The position numbers and the translations under genes were made by a program. The notes below the pieces were generated by a model that had not been told where the DNA came from, ran no database searches, and saw nothing but the letters and a program-made list of their open reading frames with translations. Shown piece after piece: positions 56,968 to 64,000 of a DNA stretch of 64,000 nt. Positions within the stretch are counted from its first letter, which is position 1; the number at the start of each line of letters is the position of its first letter. Location of the stretch: the sequence record OR142618.1; one strand, written 5' to 3'.

Positions 56968-57207
56968 GTGAGTACTAGACGTAGTATTTTAGAAGAACTT
57001 AATAATTATGTTCCTTCTAAGAGCAAAGAAGAATTGATAGAATATAGAGCAGAACATATAATACAATCTGCAATTCATCTAATTGAGTATATCGAATCTA
57101 ATTACTCTGATGCAGACGCAGAGCAATTAGAAAAAAAATTACTTAGTAGTATCAAATACAAGGATGCTAAACGATTTAGTAAGTCAGTGAGAAAACTTAA
57201 GGAATAA
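56968..57207 (+). CDS. Small hypothetical virion-region protein
   Basis: AGGGG RBS, GTG start. Confidence 0.65.
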   Translation: MSTRRSILEELNNYVPSKSKEELIEYRAEHIIQSAIHLIEYIESNYSDADAEQLEKKLLSSIKYKDAKRFSKSVRKLKE

Positions 57208-57209
57208 TA

Positions 57210-57821
57210 ATGAAAAAAGTATTCGAAGCTAGTACATTTGACGATTTCATTGGGTTAAACAGTCCGGTAGCACAACAGAGCAGCTATATGCATGAAGCAC
57301 CGGATGTATCTGATGCAGAATCTTCTTCTAAAAAGAAGATAGCTTCTAAACAACCTAATAAAAAAGCGCCTACTAAACGTACTACTAAAGAAGTCGTTAA
57401 ACAATTTGTTAAAAAAGCAAGTGAAGATAATGCAAAAGTAGGTCCAGAAAAAAAAGAAACTGATCCAGAATATGTAAAGCAGTTTCTTATAGGTTTAGGA
57501 TATCCGGAAGAGCAGGTGCAAGATATAATTCAAGGTAAATTAAAAGTCCAAACAAAAATACCTGAAATTATTCCAGATACACAAAAACTAGAAACAAAAC
57601 CTGAACAACCTAAACAAACACAACGACCAGCGACCACCCGTGCTCCCGAGCCAAGACCTGACATAGCAGGCGAACTTAACTCCTACACTAAAGCTAATAC
57701 ATTTGAATTGACTCCAGAACAGCAGGAAGACATGGAGCGTATTCAAAGATTTGTAACATCAGGTGTGTTAAATAAAAGACAACTTCTTACGCTAATACGA
57801 GAATTAGAAAACGATGACTAA
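57210..57821 (+). CDS. Hypothetical, probably internal head protein
   Basis: MKKVFEAS N-terminus; K/P/E-rich linker. Confidence 0.6.
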   Translation: MKKVFEASTFDDFIGLNSPVAQQSSYMHEAPDVSDAESSSKKKIASKQPNKKAPTKRTTKEVVKQFVKKASEDNAKVGPEKKETDPEYVKQFLIGLGYPEEQVQDIIQGKLKVQTKIPEIIPDTQKLETKPEQPKQTQRPATTRAPEPRPDIAGELNSYTKANTFELTPEQQEDMERIQRFVTSGVLNKRQLLTLIRELENDD

Positions 57822-59010
57822 TAAAACTTTTAAAAGATTTTTATCTACAGAAAAATCTAAACAGGAATTAAAAGATCTAAACCGTCTCTATGAATCTGTG
57901 CGTAACGATATTTCGGAGTTTACTACCATCATAGAGGCATTTATTTCTCCGGGAGAAATAGTAAATATATTCAACATTGCTTCTAAGAAAAGAGGATCTG
58001 GTAAAGGATTTTTAGGATCCTTTACCTCTGATAACAGAAGTGCATCAAATGCTGCCAATCAAGTTAAACAGCGAATAGAGCCCGTAATAGACCAAATATA
58101 TGATCAGGCAGAACAAACTGAAATATCACATGAAGTTCAGTCAGATGATAAAGAAACTGCCGAAGAAGCTCAGCGTAAACTTAATAAACAGGCAATAAAA
58201 GATAAAGTAGATATAAAGACTGCATTATCTGGCCAAAGACGAGCAGCAGATGTTAATAAAATGGTAGATTATTTAATGAGACAGCTATCTAATTCTGCCG
58301 CCGCTGCATTTATATCATCTACTTTATCTGCCGCCGCAGAATCTGCTAAAAAAGGAACAGTAGCAAACGAAATATTTGCGATGTTATCATTTGCATTAGA
58401 TAAAGTCAATAAAGAATTAGATGATACTTCCTCTACAAATGAATCTATTATAAACGAAGGACCATTGGATTTTTTATCGAGGGCTTGGTCTAGAGTCACA
58501 GACACTATCGGCAATTCAAATGTAGGACAAAATGCATCTAATAAGCTAGATGTATTAAAGGGACAATTAGGTCTAAATGGCGGTCGCGGCGAAGTTGATG
58601 CAGATATACTAAAACGAGTATGGAAGAATAAATATCACGGTTCTACTGATAGTGCAGATATAGAGCAAATTCTCAAAGATTTTAAATTTAGTGATAGAGA
58701 AATCAAAAATATATTCAAAGAAGCAGGAATTACAAAAGAAGATTATAACGAAGAATTGGTTAGGGTAGCATCTCTTATTAAGAAAGCAGGGTTGCGAGCG
58801 CCCGTACTATCATGGCTAAAAAGAAACCAATCTAGATTGTATAAACTTCTTCCTGAAAGTATCGAATCTCCTATAATGGAAAAGTCTACTTTATCTGACA
58901 AAGATGTTTTAGATATTATTACTCAATTAACTTCTGAGACTGAACACCGAGATACCAATGAACTCGATCCAGATAATGAATCTAAACGGTTAAATAGAAA
59001 ACATCGGTAA
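57814..59010 (+). CDS. Hypothetical helical, probably internal head protein
   Basis: Repeated LYES / IIEA / IINEG / IMEK motifs. Confidence 0.6.
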   Translation: MTNKTFKRFLSTEKSKQELKDLNRLYESVRNDISEFTTIIEAFISPGEIVNIFNIASKKRGSGKGFLGSFTSDNRSASNAANQVKQRIEPVIDQIYDQAEQTEISHEVQSDDKETAEEAQRKLNKQAIKDKVDIKTALSGQRRAADVNKMVDYLMRQLSNSAAAAFISSTLSAAAESAKKGTVANEIFAMLSFALDKVNKELDDTSSTNESIINEGPLDFLSRAWSRVTDTIGNSNVGQNASNKLDVLKGQLGLNGGRGEVDADILKRVWKNKYHGSTDSADIEQILKDFKFSDREIKNIFKEAGITKEDYNEELVRVASLIKKAGLRAPVLSWLKRNQSRLYKLLPESIESPIMEKSTLSDKDVLDIITQLTSETEHRDTNELDPDNESKRLNRKHR

Positions 59011-59023
59011 TATTATTTTCTAT

Positions 59024-59062
59024 AAAAATCCCGTTACTGCTTGACGCAATAACGGGATTTTT
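59024..59062 (+). terminator. Symmetric terminator with a -35 element in its loop
   Basis: AAAAATCCCGTTA...TAACGGGATTTTT; TTGACG at 59041-46; TGc-TATTAT at 59062-59070. Confidence 0.75.
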
Positions 59063-59094
59063 GCTATTATAACTTCGAATAATAAGGTAATAGT

Positions 59095-60435
59095 ATGAAT
59101 ATTGCAGAAATACAAAAACACAAAGGGATTAAACATTTAGATAACTTAACACTCACAGAATTAGTATCATTTGTTAATTCCATGCATGAAGCTACTATAA
59201 CAGAAAAAATAGACGGTTACTATTTATGTATGGGGTTAGATAATATAGGTCTATTTACATCCAGGGAAGGTAAGGGTGGAACTAGAATTTATAATATTTC
59301 TGCATTAGAAAAGACATTTAAGAATGTATACCATATAATAGCCCACACCCTGTTAGAACAAAATAAAGACATTTTAATTAAAAGTGGATTATCAGTTGGA
59401 GATATATATGAAATTGAAGTATTATACGGGAAGATACCCAACGTAATTGAATATGACGGCATTAATCGAATTGTGTTTTTAAGAAATTTAAACGGCAATT
59501 CGTTTGATTGTGTATCTACAGCAATGAATAACATAAGAGATTGTGTTGAGTTGTCTATACCTGTGGTAAATGACAATGGTGTAGGTTTTACTGAAGAGAC
59601 GAGTATAACAGAATGGGAATTTTCTAAATTAGAAAGTATAAAACTATCTAATGTTAATCTTCAATTAGATACAATTTTAAAAGATATAGTAGACTTTGCT
59701 AGTTCTCCTTCTAAAATAGAAGGGATGACTAATTTAAAATCAATTGAACTTAAAGTGACTAGTAGGTTAAATAGCGAGAAAGTTACTGAAGATAGCAAAC
59801 AACTCATTAAAGATAATAGAGAGTATATTTTCAACAAAACAAAAGAGTTTTCTTCTAAGTTAAAAGAACGTATATTAAATGATATATCTTTAAAATCTAA
59901 TTTCGGTGCTACCTTTGTAGAAGGATATGTAATACGTACACCTAGTATGCAAGTAAAAATTGTAGATAAGACTTTATTTACTGAAGTAAATGAATTTTAT
60001 CATATGTACAGTAATGCACTTTGTAGATTGGCAACGAATGATATTATCTCCGGACAAACTTCTCTATTTAGTGAAACTTTTATAAAAGTAGGCCAAGTCC
60101 TCGGCAATAAAAATCTAGGCACAGTTAGACGCAAACAAGTAAACATTGATGACAGAATTCTAAATAATAAAGATAAAAATGTAATATTAGGAATACTATC
60201 TGAATCTATAAACGAGTTAGACACTTTTACTAAATCTTATTTAAACAGATATAAAGATATGGAAAAAGTAGTATATAAATCGTATATGAAATATACATTT
60301 AGATATAACGATTCTGTTCATACAAAAACATTAGAAGCAATTTCTAATCTTAGGAATAGATTGTATAATGCGAAAGAAATAGTTAGTAATTCTAGTTCTG
60401 TAAAAGAATTATTTAATAAGTTGGCGTCTATATAG
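59095..60435 (+). CDS. RNA-ligase-like ATP-dependent nucleotidyltransferase
   Basis: Motif I TEKIDG; III EIEVLY; IV VEGYVIR; V VKIVDK; helical C-terminus. Confidence 0.6.
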   Translation: MNIAEIQKHKGIKHLDNLTLTELVSFVNSMHEATITEKIDGYYLCMGLDNIGLFTSREGKGGTRIYNISALEKTFKNVYHIIAHTLLEQNKDILIKSGLSVGDIYEIEVLYGKIPNVIEYDGINRIVFLRNLNGNSFDCVSTAMNNIRDCVELSIPVVNDNGVGFTEETSITEWEFSKLESIKLSNVNLQLDTILKDIVDFASSPSKIEGMTNLKSIELKVTSRLNSEKVTEDSKQLIKDNREYIFNKTKEFSSKLKERILNDISLKSNFGATFVEGYVIRTPSMQVKIVDKTLFTEVNEFYHMYSNALCRLATNDIISGQTSLFSETFIKVGQVLGNKNLGTVRRKQVNIDDRILNNKDKNVILGILSESINELDTFTKSYLNRYKDMEKVVYKSYMKYTFRYNDSVHTKTLEAISNLRNRLYNAKEIVSNSSSVKELFNKLASI

Positions 60436-61455
60436 ATGGCACATTTAAGTAAAACTCAACTATTAAAGCGAAATAATTGGGATATATTTCTTAATAAAAT
60501 AGAAAATAGAGAGTATTTTACACTAGTAAATGGTAGTAAAATAAAATTAGGATATAAGTCTACTGTAGCTAATTCTAAATTTGTTAAATTTTTACGTTCT
60601 TCAGGTTTAGAGAAGTCGTTAGAATCGTTAAAAAATGGGAATAAAATTGTATTCCCGTCCGGTAGTGATACTGTAGCCCTTTCTGAAATATTAAAATCTA
60701 GTGAATTTGGCGGAAAACCCGGAAGCAAACAGTTATTAGAAAGGCAAGAGCATTCCTTTGTATCTATAATAAATAATGAAACAAGTAGTTGCCCTGTCAC
60801 TATTAATGCTAATTTAAAAATAGAAAATGTTACAAATGCATATAAATATAGTGGGAGAAACAGTTTAGGAAAAGAACCGTACACTGATGTTGTTCTTAAT
60901 ACAGTTAACGGAGCGTGCTACAATATAAGTATGAAAGGTGTTACGTCACCGTCTATAGCAGGTGGTGGCCTAGCAGGCATAAACGTAATAGCACCCGGAT
61001 TTATGAACGAACCGTTGCAATGTGCTATAGAATACTTTAAAAACAAAGGATATAAACAGGGTCACGAATTTTCTAAAAATGACCCAGCGGATGTATTTTA
61101 TAAAATTCCAGTTTCTGTTGCTACTAAGATAGTAAAAGGTACAAAAGAAATGGGAGGACCCATAGATTATCTATACATAGGTCCCATGGATGTAAAATAT
61201 TCTGTTACAGATAATGTAATTACATTTAATGGTAAATTTTTAACTGTTTCTGATTTAATAAATTCGGAAGAATTATATATTAGGATTAGGCGACGGTCAA
61301 ATGACCAGACACTAACATATATTGATGTAGATACATTTGGATATCCTAGCTTATTTACTAGTCAATCCGAGCCTAACAGACGGATAGAAGTTTATAAGAA
61401 ATCCCAAATGCCAAGGAACGCAACAATAATTAATAAGGGTTTACAATGCGATTAG
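60436..61455 (+). CDS. Possible PD-(D/E)xK nuclease-fold protein
   Basis: ERQE...PYTDVVL...YNISMKG resembles restriction-endonuclease cores. Confidence 0.45.
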   Translation: MAHLSKTQLLKRNNWDIFLNKIENREYFTLVNGSKIKLGYKSTVANSKFVKFLRSSGLEKSLESLKNGNKIVFPSGSDTVALSEILKSSEFGGKPGSKQLLERQEHSFVSIINNETSSCPVTINANLKIENVTNAYKYSGRNSLGKEPYTDVVLNTVNGACYNISMKGVTSPSIAGGGLAGINVIAPGFMNEPLQCAIEYFKNKGYKQGHEFSKNDPADVFYKIPVSVATKIVKGTKEMGGPIDYLYIGPMDVKYSVTDNVITFNGKFLTVSDLINSEELYIRIRRRSNDQTLTYIDVDTFGYPSLFTSQSEPNRRIEVYKKSQMPRNATIINKGLQCD

Positions 61456-61691
61456 ATGAAATACAAAGTAAAACTCCTGTATCCGATATTACTAAGGATA
61501 TAGCTTTCGATAAGAGTTTATATCAAAAGGTCATTAAAATAATTAATAAGAGAATTAAATTAGGCGACCTCGGCGCAGGCGCAGCGAAGCGATCTGTAAT
61601 AAAACGTTGGAAAACAGGCGATCGCATTGCGCAAGGTTATAATGCAGATTTGAGCAAAATAAATCTATCAATATCGGACGTATTAAAATAA
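61446..61691 (+). CDS. Small hypothetical protein
   Basis: MRLDEI N-terminus; coupled to both neighbours. Confidence 0.6.
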   Translation: MRLDEIQSKTPVSDITKDIAFDKSLYQKVIKIINKRIKLGDLGAGAAKRSVIKRWKTGDRIAQGYNADLSKINLSISDVLK

Positions 61692-62404
61692 TGAGCGGAA
61701 ATGCATTTGGTCAATTAGAACCAGTGAGCTTATCGGTATTACCAGATATAGTGTTGTCGTTAGAAAGTATTCTTAGTTTATCTTTATCGAATAACTATTT
61801 AGGATCTACTGGAAAATTTCCAGTAACAGGTGATATAGATTTAGCAATAGATAAAGATTATATAACGTTATCTGATTTTAAATCTTTATTATTATCTTCG
61901 TTTGGTCAAGAAAATGTAATCCAACATGGCGGACAGCCATCTTTCTCTGTTAAATATCAGCACACCGATACTAAATATTATCAGGTAGATTTTATGCACG
62001 GGGAAGTTAATTGGCTAAAATTATATTATTTTAGAGATGAAAACTCAGCATACAAAGGATCTCATAGAAATTTAGCAATTTCTGGAATTTTCCAAACACA
62101 ATTCTTGGATCCCACTACTGAATATGTTTCTAGATATATATGGTCGCCTGTTAGGGGTATGGTACGAATAAATCGATATTACGATACATCTATACCTGAC
62201 GTTACTATATCGCAAACTACTCATCCTACTTTAATAAAATATGTACTAGGGGCTAATATAAATTCTTTAGAGGATTTATATAATTTTATTCCGTATTATG
62301 AAGGAGATCCAGAAGCGACGTATTCTGCTATAGCAAATAATTTTAAAAATGCTAATATAGTGGACGGTTTTGTATTTCCTACAGAAATACAAAAATATAT
62401 TTAG
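61691..62404 (+). CDS. Pol-beta-superfamily nucleotidyltransferase
   Basis: LGSTGK...GDIDLAID and a downstream YQVDFM acidic triad. Confidence 0.75.
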   Translation: MSGNAFGQLEPVSLSVLPDIVLSLESILSLSLSNNYLGSTGKFPVTGDIDLAIDKDYITLSDFKSLLLSSFGQENVIQHGGQPSFSVKYQHTDTKYYQVDFMHGEVNWLKLYYFRDENSAYKGSHRNLAISGIFQTQFLDPTTEYVSRYIWSPVRGMVRINRYYDTSIPDVTISQTTHPTLIKYVLGANINSLEDLYNFIPYYEGDPEATYSAIANNFKNANIVDGFVFPTEIQKYI

Positions 62405-62411
62405 GATTTTT

Positions 62412-62843
62412 ATGTCTAGTTATCAATCACGTTTTGACAAAATTATGTCGTCTATAGACAATACAACTAATATAAAAGTAGACTGGGATGACATAAAAAA
62501 CAATGGAACTCAAGCAGAATTTCATAGAAAGCATAAAGGTGAAGTTATATTTGGGTACAACTTTGGCGGAAAATTTTACTATAAACACGGCAATGTAATT
62601 AAGTCACTTCCGTATCCCGGTCTAGAAGAGAGTGTATCTTTGCAAGAAAGTAGACCTACTAGATTAATAGACCTTATTTCTAGTATAGGAAAGTGTGATT
62701 TTATAAAAGATATAGTTTCTATAAAATCTACAGCCAACGGCATAGTTGCGTTAGTTAGTACAACGGATGGAAATGCATATGAAATAACTCTTATTCCGGC
62801 AGAATACTCTACAAAATTTCCGGAAAAAACTAATAAACAATAG
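62412..62843 (+). CDS. Hypothetical protein
   Basis: AGGA RBS before ATG 62412. Confidence 0.6.
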   Translation: MSSYQSRFDKIMSSIDNTTNIKVDWDDIKNNGTQAEFHRKHKGEVIFGYNFGGKFYYKHGNVIKSLPYPGLEESVSLQESRPTRLIDLISSIGKCDFIKDIVSIKSTANGIVALVSTTDGNAYEITLIPAEYSTKFPEKTNKQ

Positions 62844-62848
62844 AAAAA

Positions 62849-62856
62849 GATAAATA
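62849..62856 (+). promoter_or_regulatory. Putative late promoter GATAAATA
   Basis: Upstream of ATG 62910. Confidence 0.6.
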
Positions 62857-62909
62857 ACTATAGCTACAAAGGAAACTTTGTATAAATTAATTAATGGAGA
62901 ATATTTAAC

Positions 62910-63212
62910 ATGGTACAAAAAGTACATGGCGGCATCTTAGCAGGTACTAACTTAACTGGTCATCTGCAATATCTAAAAATCGAAGTTGCTAGCGTTGACG
63001 TAAACCCGCAATTACCTAACAGCGTAGCAGAACAAGTATATCGCACTGTTTCTTTAAAATCGACTCTAGTTATTATAGAATTCGATGCCGGTGTAATGCA
63101 TGTTGCTGTAGAAAATGCTGGCGACGGCTGGACCAAGGCAGACCTAGAAGCTGCATTAACTGCTGCTGGCTTGACTGGTACTGTTACTGTAGGTAAGTTT
63201 ACTGTAGTTTAA
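62910..63212 (+). CDS. Small virion protein candidate (paralogue A)
   Basis: GGAG RBS, own late motif and terminator; MVQKVHG...NLTG N-terminus. Confidence 0.65.
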   Translation: MVQKVHGGILAGTNLTGHLQYLKIEVASVDVNPQLPNSVAEQVYRTVSLKSTLVIIEFDAGVMHVAVENAGDGWTKADLEAALTAAGLTGTVTVGKFTVV

Positions 63213-63235
63213 TATAGTTAACTTAAATGAAACTT

Positions 63236-63260
63236 GAAAGGGCTTAATAAGCCCTTTCTT
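63236..63260 (+). terminator. Symmetric terminator
   Basis: GAAAGGGCTT-AAT-AAGCCCTTTC-TT. Confidence 0.75.
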
Positions 63261-63293
63261 GTTCTTAGTGTGTAGAAAAAACTTTACATATGC

Positions 63294-63301
63294 GATAAAT
63301 A
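63294..63301 (+). promoter_or_regulatory. Putative late promoter GATAAATA
   Basis: Upstream of ATG 63331. Confidence 0.6.
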
Positions 63302-63330
63302 CCTATATAATATGTGTATAGGTAATAGCA

Positions 63331-63795
63331 ATGACACAAAAAATTCATGGTACTAGTAGTGCCCAACAAAATCTAACTGCCGATGTACCCTATTTTATTG
63401 TATATGCGCAATCCGATAAGGCATATACTGATCCCGAAAACGCAGAAGGGATAAACATCTTAGTAACAAATAATATACATGATATAAGCCAAAAGAATTT
63501 CGAAATACTTCTTCAAAGTATAGGTCTCAGAGCTATGCCAGTTATAATGAATAATCCTGTTCCTGTTGCTAATTTAGCTGCATATGGTGCCCCTACATTA
63601 ATTGGCGAAGGATTTGTATGGAAATTCGCATGTGAAATGCCGGAAGTGTTTACTAATTATAACCCATATGGTACACCCGGAACAACTGGGTTATTAGTAG
63701 ACGAACTAGATGGTATTATATTGCCGTCAGGTACCATTATAAGAACATATGGGTCGGGTTTAAACATAGAATTTGTGAGATCTTCATTAATATGA
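63331..63795 (+). CDS. Small virion protein candidate (paralogue B)
   Basis: MTQKIHG...NLTA N-terminus resembles that of 62910. Confidence 0.65.
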   Translation: MTQKIHGTSSAQQNLTADVPYFIVYAQSDKAYTDPENAEGINILVTNNIHDISQKNFEILLQSIGLRAMPVIMNNPVPVANLAAYGAPTLIGEGFVWKFACEMPEVFTNYNPYGTPGTTGLLVDELDGIILPSGTIIRTYGSGLNIEFVRSSLI

Positions 63796-64000
63796 ATAAA
63801 ATAAAATTAGAACAAATATTAAAAGAACAATTTGGTTTAAACGAACTAGAATTACGTTCATTTATGAAATATATTTCATTTAAGGATTTTGTGGCATTAA
63901 CTGAGAGTCAAGACCACATAGATTCTGACATTATAAAACATATAGTAGAATCATTAGATAATAGTTATTCTGCTGTAAGGGATACTTCAATTGCACCAAG
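63792..64000 (+). CDS. Hypothetical protein, 3' end outside the window
   Basis: ATGA overlap; MNKIKLEQILKEQFGLNELELRSFMKYISF... remains open to the window edge. Confidence 0.6.
   Translation, partial: MNKIKLEQILKEQFGLNELELRSFMKYISFKDFVALTESQDHIDSDIIKHIVESLDNSYSAVRDTSIAP

Noticed and set aside
1-64000. Stop-codon reassignment (alternative genetic code)
   Set aside because: Conserved genes are full length under code 11 and end in TAA, TAG or TGA; the only fractured gene is explained by the split intein.
1-64000. tRNA, rRNA, integrase or CRISPR-Cas loci
   Set aside because: None recognised by eye; tRNAscan-SE or ARAGORN would be needed to exclude atypical tRNAs.

Overview
This is a 64-kb segment of an AT-rich jumbo myophage genome with T4-like gene homologues. 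The gene set and order resemble RaK2/PBECO4-type jumbo phages (inference); spanins, a SAR endolysin and sigma70 promoters imply a Gram-negative host. From left to right it contains: a tail-fibre gene (5' end outside the window); a minus-strand block of Nudix, gp15-like, gp14-like and three paralogous fibre genes; a ~270-nt structured intergenic RNA candidate; a convergently arranged lysis cassette; accessory genes (YqeY, KTSC, DHFR, glutaredoxin, exonuclease, rIIA/rIIB, M3 oligopeptidase); a second RNA candidate and a small ArfA-like ORF; neck, sheath, tube, head-completion and terminase genes; replication/recombination genes (gp32, UvsX, UvsY, UvsW, gp62-like, mini-DnaE, primase, helicase); a ligase/nuclease/nucleotidyltransferase cluster; and small virion genes. 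The three strongest leads are: (1) an ArfA-like basic peptide whose ORF contains an intrinsic terminator before its stop codon, predicting a non-stop mRNA; (2) UvsX fractured at its Walker A motif by an atypically split intein (17-aa IntN, 128-aa IntC) with a free-standing Vsr-like homing endonuclease between the halves; (3) a promoter-bearing, GC-enriched, multi-stem ncRNA candidate at ~11.58-11.84 kb. No tRNA, rRNA or CRISPR array was recognised. All product calls are by-eye motif recognition; no database search or folding program was run.
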